Below are positions 18,909-27,142 of a stretch of 28,689 nt of DNA, piece by piece (the first letter of the stretch is position 1; each line of letters starts with the position of its first letter). The translations under genes and the position numbers were made by a program. Location of the stretch: the NCBI GenBank assembly GCA_048938295.1, contig JBHLMI010000023.1, positions 1-28,689 of the forward strand, written 5' to 3'. The notes beneath the pieces are model-generated. The model was not told where the DNA came from. It was given only the letters and a program-made list of their open reading frames with translations, and made no database searches. Source of the DNA: Promethearchaeota archaeon (GTDB lineage: Archaea; Asgardarchaeota; Hermodarchaeia; Hermodarchaeales; Hermodarchaeaceae).

Positions 18909-19463
18909 TTGTTAATAGACTGGAGTAGTAAAGTTATCCAATCAAAGATTGTTTACTACGGTCCTGCTATGAGCGGGAAAACTACAAGCATTCAAACATT
19001 GTTTAAGAAACTCAACCAATACGAAAAAATCGAATCCATCGAAACCACTACCGGACGAACCCTGTTCTTCGATTTCGGATCCCTTGAATTGACACATAAT
19101 GATTGGACTCTTCGATTGTACATCTGGTCTGCAACTGGGCAAGACTACTATGCCGAAACTCGCTCAACGGTTCTCGCTGGCGCTGATGGCATAGTTTTCG
19201 TCGCAGATATTCAACCACATATACTAGAGGACAATGTTCGCTCCTGGAATGAGTTGAAGAACTTTTATGGCAATCAACTTGGCCGTGAACTTCCTGTAGT
19301 GATCATGCTCAATAAAACAGATCTTCCCAATGTGCTAACTCGTCACCGCATCACTGATGCACTAGATGTGCACAACGGCATCCACGTGTTTCCATCCATC
19401 GCACTCGATGGATACAACGTCACAGAAGCATTCTCAGCGATAATTCAGCAAATATTCCAGTGA
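18909..19463 (+). CDS. mglA: MglA-family small GTPase
   Basis: KIVYYGPAMSGKTT, RTLFFDF, TGQ, GADGIVFVAD and NKTD. Confidence 0.88.
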   Translation: MLIDWSSKVIQSKIVYYGPAMSGKTTSIQTLFKKLNQYEKIESIETTTGRTLFFDFGSLELTHNDWTLRLYIWSATGQDYYAETRSTVLAGADGIVFVADIQPHILEDNVRSWNELKNFYGNQLGRELPVVIMLNKTDLPNVLTRHRITDALDVHNGIHVFPSIALDGYNVTEAFSAIIQQIFQ

Positions 19464-19541
19464 TCCATTTGAGGTCCAGCTTTCAACAATACACAGTCTT
19501 TTGAATATGAACTCCACATAGGATGCTTTGGTGAGGTTATC

Positions 19542-20918
19542 TTGAAACCAAAGGTCCTAACTGAAAATGAGATTGCTGAAATGCTCACTAATGTCACTGA
19601 GGAGGAAATCGAGGAGTGCAACTCTCACATTCTAACTCCCTTGAAAGAAATGATTCTAGTCAGTGGGACTCCAGGTGGCGCCATGGTGAAGGATCTAAAT
19701 GGGAATGAGTATCTCGATTGTACGAGTCAGGCTTGGACCCTCAATGTCGGTTACGTTAATCCCGATGTCATCTATGCCACCCAATTTCAAGCTGAGCGTC
19801 TCACACATGTCCGATACGGCTACCCAACCATTCCACGTATTAAACTTGTAAATAAGCTCAGCGAAATCGCTCCAGGATCTTTAAAAAAGGTCTCCATCCA
19901 GAATCAAGGAGGTTCTACTGCAATTGAAGCAGCTATGAAGCTGTCAATGATTCACAAACCCGGCGCATCTCTCTTCATCACTCATTGGCTGGGCTATCAC
20001 GGTGCTACCCTCGCTACTATCTCGGCAAGTAACTGGATGCCTAGCCCTCTCATCCGGTTTCCCAATATCGGGCTCCAGCACTTCTTGAAAGCCCCTTACC
20101 CATATTGCTATCGGTGCCGAGGCAATCAAGACCCCGCGGATTGTGATCTCGAATGCCTCCAGTATCTCCAGAATCTAATTATGTATGGAACAAATACGCC
20201 TATAGCGGGACTTATTATTGAGCCCATGCAAGGGCCCGGCGGTCAAGTAATCGCTCCCCAACGATATATAGAAGGCATTCGAAAACTCTGCACAGAAATG
20301 CAAGTAACGCTCATTTTCGATGAATCCCAAACAGCCTTTGGTCGCGTTGGTAAAATGTTTGCCTCAGAAATATACAAAATCACACCTGACATGATGGCAC
20401 TCACAAAGGCGCTTGGGGGTGGACTCCCCATCGGCGCTACCTTAGCTGATGAAAAATACGGTGGCTTCACACCTGCCGAAGAACACAGCACTTTTGGAAG
20501 TAGCCCTCTTATAATGGCAGCGGCGCTCATCAATATTGAAATTATTCAACGCCTAAATCTGCCACGGCGTGCCGAAAAATTAGGAAATCACATTACTAAA
20601 CGTCTTCAAGAACTCCAAAAAACAAGTGATCAGATTGGTGATGTCCGAGGACCTGGCCTTTTCATTGGCGTTGAAATGGTCAAGGATCGAGACACGAAAG
20701 AACCCGCTAATTCCTTGGCTGACGCCATCGTCCGTGAAGGGTTGAAGCGTGGTGTCATCTATGACCTCAGTATGCCATTCATGCGCCATCTGACCTTTCA
20801 ACGAAACGTCGTGAAAATCAAACCTCCTTTGACCATATCCGAAGATCAGGCAGATCGAGCAATTGATGTCTTTGAAGAGTCACTCAAGGCTGCATTGAAA
20901 GACTTGACTATTCTATAG
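19542..20918 (+). CDS. Class III PLP-dependent aminotransferase (GabT/ArgD-like)
   Basis: YLDC, GGSTAIEAAMK, YHGAT, IEPMQG, DESQTAFGRVG, PLP Lys in LTKALGGG, and VRGPGL. GGTGAGG SD upstream of the TTG start. Confidence 0.92.
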   Translation: MKPKVLTENEIAEMLTNVTEEEIEECNSHILTPLKEMILVSGTPGGAMVKDLNGNEYLDCTSQAWTLNVGYVNPDVIYATQFQAERLTHVRYGYPTIPRIKLVNKLSEIAPGSLKKVSIQNQGGSTAIEAAMKLSMIHKPGASLFITHWLGYHGATLATISASNWMPSPLIRFPNIGLQHFLKAPYPYCYRCRGNQDPADCDLECLQYLQNLIMYGTNTPIAGLIIEPMQGPGGQVIAPQRYIEGIRKLCTEMQVTLIFDESQTAFGRVGKMFASEIYKITPDMMALTKALGGGLPIGATLADEKYGGFTPAEEHSTFGSSPLIMAAALINIEIIQRLNLPRRAEKLGNHITKRLQELQKTSDQIGDVRGPGLFIGVEMVKDRDTKEPANSLADAIVREGLKRGVIYDLSMPFMRHLTFQRNVVKIKPPLTISEDQADRAIDVFEESLKAALKDLTIL

Positions 20919-20958
20919 GTAAAAGCCAAGTATTCACTAAGGTCTGCTAGAGGGCTAG

Positions 20959-20974
20959 AGGATTCATGAATCCT
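20959..20974. promoter_or_regulatory. Perfect 16-bp palindrome AGGATTCATGAATCCT
   Basis: Intergenic, between the aminotransferase stop and the promoter of the small gene. Preceded by a tandem GCTAGAGG x2 (20946-20961). Confidence 0.3.
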
Positions 20975-21131
20975 GAAGAGAATTTCTCAATTCGCAGAAA
21001 GTTCAACAGGTACCCCTCGAATTCTTTAGAAATTTAAATCAAAGACAATAACGAGAGAAAGGTATTAAATAAAAGCTAACCGAGTCGAATTTACGTACTC
21101 ATCTGGGGAACGAGTGCACAAGTGACCAGCC

Positions 21132-21374
21132 ATGGCCCGACGGGCAATACCGCGATATCCATGACCCACCTGCGGTTTCTTCATCCAGGAAATAACCGTT
21201 GAAGAAAAAGCAATCCTCAACGCCCCGCGGGTACTCGTACTATTACACGCGACTTGCTCGAATGGCCATCAAAGCACTCTCTTCGTTGACAGAAATTTCC
21301 AGATCCGCGAAGCTGAACCAATCGTCCAAGAGGTTAAATCGAAAAAATCCGCCGTTGATAAGGCAAAGGCTTAG
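21132..21374 (+). CDS. Small 80-aa putative metal-binding protein with in-frame TGA at codon 11 (candidate selenoprotein or nonsense allele)
   Basis: Manual translation: MARRAIPRYP*PTCGFFIQEITVEEKAILNAPRVLVLLHATCSNGHQSTLFVDRNFQIREAEPIVQEVKSKKSAVDKAKA. AGTGA SD-like sequence at 21121-21125 and BRE/TATA-like GAAAGGTATTAAATA at about 21057-21071. Confidence 0.6.
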
Positions 21375-21535
21375 CTTGGTTGAATCTAGGTTGACAATCA
21401 TGATTCAAAATGTCTTCCTCATCACATCCAGCAGAAAACATATCTTGGCAGCGAAAGCGGCTGATTGGACCGATTGATTGATAGGGAGAAAACTAAACCG
21501 AAGCTGTGACAGCCTAGAATCATGAGGTTGCAACT

Positions 21536-22087
21536 GTGATAGGGATACTTAAAATCGTTCTCATAGGTGAAGGCGGAGTGGGAAAAACGAGTCTTCTTAA
21601 ACGGTACACTTGGAACACCTTCGATGAAAATATGAAGCTCACTATTGGTGTTGACTTTGCTGCCAAGAACATACAACAAGGCGGATGGGCTGCTACACTA
21701 CAAATCTGGGATCTCGGAGGGCAAATCCGGTTTCGCGACCTAGCCATCAGTTACTTCAAAGGTGCCCGGCTTGCCATTGCGGTTTTTGACATCTCCAGTC
21801 GTTATACTATGGAACGCTTGAATGATTGGATTACCAGTTTGTATCAAACCGTTCCTAGTTGTCCCTTGATCATTGTTGGTAACAAATGCGATCTAAGGGA
21901 TACCCTCGGTGCCACTAGACCCTTGGTCACACTTCAGGAAGGAATCGAATATGCAGCTCAGTACAATGCCCCCTTCATCGAAGCATCAGCCAAAGATGGA
22001 CAAGGTGTAGACGACGTCTTTGGAGCGGTCACCCAAATCCTTTCTGAAAAATTCCCAACACGAGAAGCAACCGGCATGGCATTCTAG
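21536..22087 (+). CDS. Rab-like small GTPase
   Basis: GEGGVGKTS, TIGVDF, WDLGGQ, NKCD and EASAK. GAGGT SD. No prenylation motif. Confidence 0.92.
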   Translation: MIGILKIVLIGEGGVGKTSLLKRYTWNTFDENMKLTIGVDFAAKNIQQGGWAATLQIWDLGGQIRFRDLAISYFKGARLAIAVFDISSRYTMERLNDWITSLYQTVPSCPLIIVGNKCDLRDTLGATRPLVTLQEGIEYAAQYNAPFIEASAKDGQGVDDVFGAVTQILSEKFPTREATGMAF

Positions 22088-22289
22088 ACTGGCAGTCATC
22101 TGTTCTAAAAAGGTTCTAAGAAGTACTAATTCCTGATAGCGCTTGTATTATACAGTTGACTGTTTCACCTGTAGTTAGTAAATGTGACAAGTATATCCGA
22201 CATATTTGATAACTTTCTCTTCTTATTTGACAACCATATGATGGAAGTTGCAAAAATATAAAGCGCCAGGAGAGTGAATTGATGGAGAA

Positions 22290-24842
22290 ATGGTGGTGAC
22301 CACCATCGCAAAAGCCAAGCAACCCAAAGAAGAAAAACCACGAATCGGCGTATTCGTCTGCCAGTGTGGACGCAACATCGCTGGCGTTATCGACTGCCAT
22401 GCTCTTGCTGAAGGAGCAGCAAAATTAGATGGCGTCGTGGCAACCAAGGTTAACAGGTTTACCTGCGCTGATCCTGGTCAAGAAGAAATCAAACGCATCG
22501 TCAAGGAAGAAAAGCTAGACCGTGTCGTGGTCGCAGCTTGTTCACCCCGCATGCACGAACCCACCTTCCGACGCTGCACAGAAGATGCCGGGCTAAATCA
22601 ATTCTTCTTTGAAATGGCAAATATCCGCGATCAAGGCACCTGGTGTCACGCAAGCGATCCCGAAGGTTGTCAAGTAAAAGCTGCTGACCTCATCGCCAGT
22701 GCCGTAGCCAAGGCCCACCACCTCGAACCGCTAGAAGTTCTAAAGGTTCCTGTCACCCACACTACGCTAGTCATCGGGGGAGGCGTCTCCGGTATCCACG
22801 CTGCCCTCGACATTGCTGATGCTGGCTACAAAGTGTACCTCGTAGAAAGATCACCCACCGTTGGCGGCATCATGGCACTCCTCGATAAATGCTTCCCAAC
22901 TTTGGACTGTTCAATTTGCATCTTGGGTCCGAAGATGGCGGAAGTGGCTCGTCACCCCAACATTGAACTCATTACTAATGCTGAAGTGACTAAAGTAGAA
23001 GGTTTTGTGGGGAACTTCAAAGTCCAAGTAATACAACGACCCCGTTATGTAGATATTGACAAATGCAATAGCTGTGGCGATTGCCAAAAAGTTTGCCCCG
23101 TAGTTGTACCAAATAACTTTGATGCGAATTTAAGCTGGCGTCATGCAATTTACATCCCGTATCCCCAAGCTGTGCCAGCAGCCTATTTGATTGACCCGGA
23201 TCACTGTCTTGGGTTGAGCCCGAATGGGTGCATGATGTGCTATGAAGCCTGTAACAAAGCAGGACAAGAAGCCATCATCCCTGATGACACTGAAAAAATC
23301 CGAGAACTAGACATCGGCACCATCATCGTGGCTACCGGTTGCGAGCCCTATGATCCTTCACCTATCACCGAATACGGTTATGGCGTCTATCCCAACGTCA
23401 TCACTGCCATTGAGCTTGAACGCCTCATCAATGCTGCGGGACCAACTGAAGGCAAAGTCATTCGCCCCTCTGACCAAGCAAAGCCTCATAGCTTTGCTTT
23501 CATTCAATGCGTCGGAAGTCGAGACGCGCGTTACAATATCTACTGTTCTGGCTTCTGCTGCATGTACACAATTAAAAACGCCCTCCTCCTCCATGAGAAA
23601 TATCCGGATGCTGATATCACCATCTACTACATGGATATTCGTACCAACTTCAAAGATTATGAGGAATTCTACCAACGCGCTCGCCGGGCGGGGATCCGCT
23701 TCCAGCAAGGCCGCCCTGCAAATATTACAGAAGATCACCAAACGCGCAATCTCTTCGTGCAAGCGGAGGACATGGCCACTGGGAAATTCACCAAACGAGA
23801 ATATGAAATGGTTATCCTTAGCACGGCGGCAGTTCCAAGCAAAGGCACCGAAGACCTCGCCCGTGTCCTAAATGTACCTCTTGGGCCCTCAGGCTTCTAC
23901 ATGGAAGCTCATCCCAAACTCAAACCTGTTGATGCCGCTACAGAAGGCGTCTTCTTCTGTGGGTCTGCCCAAGGTCCCAAGGATATCCCTGCTAGTGTCG
24001 CCCAAGGCAGCGCCGCGGCATCCCGGGCTTTTCGTATCATCACCCAGGATGAATGGGAAATCGAACCTATTGTGGCAGTTGTCAACCCGGAACTCTGCCG
24101 TAGCGCCACCGGTAAGTGCGGCATTTGTGTCTCTCGTTGTGCCTACGGAGCAATTTATGCTGAACCCGGAAAAGCGGCCTTCGTTACTCCTGCAAAATGT
24201 CACGGATGTGGAACCTGTGTTGCTGAGTGTCCAGCAAATGCGATTACTCAGATGCACTTCACTGATGCCCAGATTATGGATCAAGTTCGTGCTCTATTGA
24301 AGGAGAATCCTGAAGACAAAATTCTTGCCATGTTATGTAACTGGTGCAGTTACGCTGGGGCGGATTTAGCGGGAATCAGTCGGTACAACTACCCTACCAA
24401 TGTCCGAGGAATTCGTGTGATGTGTTCAGGGCGGATGTCGGAGCAGTTCATTCTCGAGGCGTTCCGTTTGGGTGCCGGTATGGTACTCATGTCTGGGTGC
24501 CGACTCACTGAAACAGGCAGTGACTGCCACTACATCAGTGGTAACGTTTGGGCAGAGAAGCGAGCGAAACGTATGTCTGCCTACCTAGACCGGATTGGTA
24601 TGGATCCCCGCCGTTTCCGATTGGAATGGGTGTCGGCTGCGGAAGGCGATAAATGGGCGGCTGTAACGACTGAAATGGCAGAACAGCTCAAAGAGATGGG
24701 TCGTGATTTCATAATTGAAGAGAATAAGCGGGTCCTACCTGAGGTTGAGTCGCGACTCCAGAAGCTATTGAAAAAGGAAACACCTGCTGCTAAAAAGAAG
24801 GCAAAGGCAGAACCGAAGACGGCTAAGGCGAAGGTGAAGTGA
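22290..24842 (+). CDS. hdrA: Heterodisulfide reductase subunit A fused to a C-terminal MvhD-like [2Fe-2S] domain
   Basis: RIGVFVCQCG, AACSPRMHE, GGGVSG (FAD), DCSICILGPKM, CVGSRD and ferredoxin CxxCxxCxxxCP motifs. The MvhD part has LCNWCSYAGAD, RVMCSGR and DCHY. Confidence 0.93.
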   Translation: MVVTTIAKAKQPKEEKPRIGVFVCQCGRNIAGVIDCHALAEGAAKLDGVVATKVNRFTCADPGQEEIKRIVKEEKLDRVVVAACSPRMHEPTFRRCTEDAGLNQFFFEMANIRDQGTWCHASDPEGCQVKAADLIASAVAKAHHLEPLEVLKVPVTHTTLVIGGGVSGIHAALDIADAGYKVYLVERSPTVGGIMALLDKCFPTLDCSICILGPKMAEVARHPNIELITNAEVTKVEGFVGNFKVQVIQRPRYVDIDKCNSCGDCQKVCPVVVPNNFDANLSWRHAIYIPYPQAVPAAYLIDPDHCLGLSPNGCMMCYEACNKAGQEAIIPDDTEKIRELDIGTIIVATGCEPYDPSPITEYGYGVYPNVITAIELERLINAAGPTEGKVIRPSDQAKPHSFAFIQCVGSRDARYNIYCSGFCCMYTIKNALLLHEKYPDADITIYYMDIRTNFKDYEEFYQRARRAGIRFQQGRPANITEDHQTRNLFVQAEDMATGKFTKREYEMVILSTAAVPSKGTEDLARVLNVPLGPSGFYMEAHPKLKPVDAATEGVFFCGSAQGPKDIPASVAQGSAAASRAFRIITQDEWEIEPIVAVVNPELCRSATGKCGICVSRCAYGAIYAEPGKAAFVTPAKCHGCGTCVAECPANAITQMHFTDAQIMDQVRALLKENPEDKILAMLCNWCSYAGADLAGISRYNYPTNVRGIRVMCSGRMSEQFILEAFRLGAGMVLMSGCRLTETGSDCHYISGNVWAEKRAKRMSAYLDRIGMDPRRFRLEWVSAAEGDKWAAVTTEMAEQLKEMGRDFIIEENKRVLPEVESRLQKLLKKETPAAKKKAKAEPKTAKAKVK

Positions 24843-25399
24843 ACGTGGAAAAACACCTCGAAGAAATCTCAGCGAAATTAGCAAAGCGTGTTGACACAAA
24901 GAGTTGTTTTGCCTGTGGCACCTGCGTAGCCGCGTGTCCGGTTTCCCGTTTTACTGGACCAGAAACCTATCATCCTCGACGCGTTGTGAAAGCTATCCTT
25001 GAAGGCGAAGCTGCGACATTGCTAGAAGAGCCAACTTTATGGTTATGTACGAGTTGTCATGCGTGTTTAGAACACTGTCCCCAGAAAGTTCCAGTCTCTG
25101 AACTGATTAAAGATTTACAAAACCTTGCTAGCTCCATGGGTATCACTCCCGATGATATTATCGCGGAAGTTGAGAATATCTTGGCCACTGGTTGGGCTCT
25201 TGCACCGAGTGAACAGGCGAATAGAAAACGGGCTGAACTTGGATTACCCTCCATCCCCTTAGGTGATCATGGTGAGAAAGACCTGCAGAAAATCGCTAAA
25301 GCCACCGAGCTTAGGGCACGGCTTGAGAAGGTGAAGCAGCGTAAGGCGGAGAAGGAACAAGCACTCGCGGCCACTGAAGAGGGAGGCGAAGTGTTATGA
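24839..25399 (+). CDS. hdrC: Heterodisulfide reductase subunit C
   Basis: CFACGTCVAACP and LWLCTSCHACLEHCPQ. 4-nt overlap with hdrA. Confidence 0.88.
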   Translation: MNVEKHLEEISAKLAKRVDTKSCFACGTCVAACPVSRFTGPETYHPRRVVKAILEGEAATLLEEPTLWLCTSCHACLEHCPQKVPVSELIKDLQNLASSMGITPDDIIAEVENILATGWALAPSEQANRKRAELGLPSIPLGDHGEKDLQKIAKATELRARLEKVKQRKAEKEQALAATEEGGEVL

Positions 25400-26280
25400 A
25401 CGATTCGAACTGGGCTCTGTATATGGGGTGTGTGATTCCCAATCGTCTCCCTTACATGGAAGTGGCGATGCGAGAAACCTTACAGCATTTTGAAATTAAT
25501 ACACATGATATCGAAGGGTTTAGTTGTTGCCCCAATCCATTGACCTTACCTCACATTGACCATCATGCAGCCTTGGCTATTTCTGCTCGTAACCTTGCTC
25601 TGGCAGAAAAGCAGGGAATGGATATTCTAACTCCCTGTAACGGTTGCTTTGAGATGCTAAAAAGTGCTGCAGTCTGTTTGGCTGACGACAAAGAACTTCG
25701 TGAAGAAATCAACACGATTCTAGCGAAAACTGGCCATGAATACAAGGGTACCGTTAAGGTGAAGCATTTCATTCAACTACTCTTTGAAGATATAGGACTC
25801 GGAACTATTGCTGAGTCAGTCGTTTATCCGCTCGGAGATTTAACTGTGGCCGTGCACGTTGGGTGCCATCTCCTTCGTCCCAGTATTCTGCTCAATGTTG
25901 ATGATGCACAAAGACCCACTATTTTGCATCAACTCGTTCGTGCATTAGGGGCTAAGACCGTCCAGTTTCATGATGAGATGGACTGCTGTGGGTATGGAAC
26001 TCGTCCTGCTGATCGAGACCTTGCCTTGAAAATGACAGGGACAAAATTAGAAAACATGAAACGAGCAGGGGCTGAAGCCTTAGTATTGATCTGTCCCGCG
26101 TGTACCCTACAATTTGATTTGATGCAACACCTTGCCTTACGAAATGCTGAGGATAAAACACCGCTTCCCGTGTTTTATTATCCCGAACTACTCAACCTAG
26201 CGGTGGGAATGCCGCCTCAGAAACTCGGTTTTGGACAGCATCGGGTTAAGGTGGATCCAGTTCTAGCTAAGCTACTTTAA
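25396..26280 (+). CDS. hdrB: Heterodisulfide reductase subunit B
   Basis: CCG-domain motifs GCVIP, SCCP, CNGC, HVGCH, DCCG and CPACTLQFD. 4-nt overlap with hdrC. Confidence 0.9.
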   Translation: MNDSNWALYMGCVIPNRLPYMEVAMRETLQHFEINTHDIEGFSCCPNPLTLPHIDHHAALAISARNLALAEKQGMDILTPCNGCFEMLKSAAVCLADDKELREEINTILAKTGHEYKGTVKVKHFIQLLFEDIGLGTIAESVVYPLGDLTVAVHVGCHLLRPSILLNVDDAQRPTILHQLVRALGAKTVQFHDEMDCCGYGTRPADRDLALKMTGTKLENMKRAGAEALVLICPACTLQFDLMQHLALRNAEDKTPLPVFYYPELLNLAVGMPPQKLGFGQHRVKVDPVLAKLL

Positions 26281-26355
26281 ACCTTGGTCTTATCAAACGC
26301 ACCTTTTTCTAGTTACAATGTATACTATTTTCAGATCTTCAAAGGAGGAATTCCA

Positions 26356-27090
26356 ATGTCAACGTCTTTAGTTACAGAAATACGTGACAACGTCCTCAAA
26401 TGGGGCGCTGACCTTGTGGGATTCGCATCAATCGATCGATTCGACCGCTATCCTCCTGAAAATCGCCCCACCTCTACTTTACCCTCAACAAAAACCGTTA
26501 TAGTCATAGCCCTGCAAATGGTTGATCCCCTCCTTGATTTGTGGCTACATGCCCCACCCACAAGCGGTACCGGTCGGTCAACAACGGGTCGAGCCTTCGA
26601 GGATGAGATCCTTCGTGCTGTTTCCTATCGACTAACGCTAGACATGTTCAAACGCAACATCGAAGCGAAGGTGCTTCCCTATGGGCCTTCAGATGACGAG
26701 GAACCTTCGGGCTTTATCTATTTGAAAGAGGCAGGTGTATTAGCTGGTTTGGGGGTCATTGGAAAAAACAATCTGTTGGTGACCCCTGATTTTGGACCAC
26801 GAATTCGCCTTCGTGCAGTCGCGATTTCTGAAATAATACCTCCAAGTCCAATCATCACCGATAACCCCTGGTGTGCGGAATGCGACCAATGTATCAAAGC
26901 CTGCCCAGTGAATGCCCTTGAGGGGGGAAGATACGACAGGGAGCGCTGTTTATCTTGTTCATTGCATAGACGGCCCCTTTCTCCAGCCGCCCAACTTTGG
27001 TGTACTAGATGTAGCTGTGTGTGCCCTGTTGGAGCTCGTGTTCCCTGTGATGATACCCTCCAAATTCAAGTACTTTTATCGAATAAGTGA
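26356..27090 (+). CDS. QueG/reductive-dehalogenase-like 4Fe-4S protein
   Basis: GADLVGFA, AGLGVIGKNNLLVTPDFGPRIRL, CAECDQCIKACP and CTRCSCVCP. ATG at 26356 follows AAAGGAGG; the track start at 26284 is probably too far upstream. Confidence 0.8.
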   Translation: MSTSLVTEIRDNVLKWGADLVGFASIDRFDRYPPENRPTSTLPSTKTVIVIALQMVDPLLDLWLHAPPTSGTGRSTTGRAFEDEILRAVSYRLTLDMFKRNIEAKVLPYGPSDDEEPSGFIYLKEAGVLAGLGVIGKNNLLVTPDFGPRIRLRAVAISEIIPPSPIITDNPWCAECDQCIKACPVNALEGGRYDRERCLSCSLHRRPLSPAAQLWCTRCSCVCPVGARVPCDDTLQIQVLLSNK

Positions 27091-27142
27091 GGTTTTAAGT
27101 ATCCTATCTAGGGAAGGAACAATACTTCCTGGAGGAATCCTT

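Noticed and set aside
17787-20977. 10-bp inverted repeat (TTCAGGATTC / GAATCCTGAA) flanking the roadblock-MglA-aminotransferase block as element ends
   Set aside because: It is short, there is no transposase or integrase and no target-site duplication, so it is compatible with chance.
21199-21477. 92-aa ORF from the track (MKKKQSS...)
   Set aside because: It overlaps the better-supported 21132-21374 frame out of phase, has no SD or recognisable motif, and shows shadow-ORF-like composition.
22238-22275. ATGA-N11-AAAA pattern resembling a eukaryotic SECIS
   Set aside because: Helix II cannot pair properly, and the A/T tract is better explained as the BRE/TATA of hdrA.
26284-27142. Track starts at 26284 and 26912
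   Set aside because: Downstream ATGs at 26356 and 27143 have strong SD sequences and coincide with the start of the recognisable domains.
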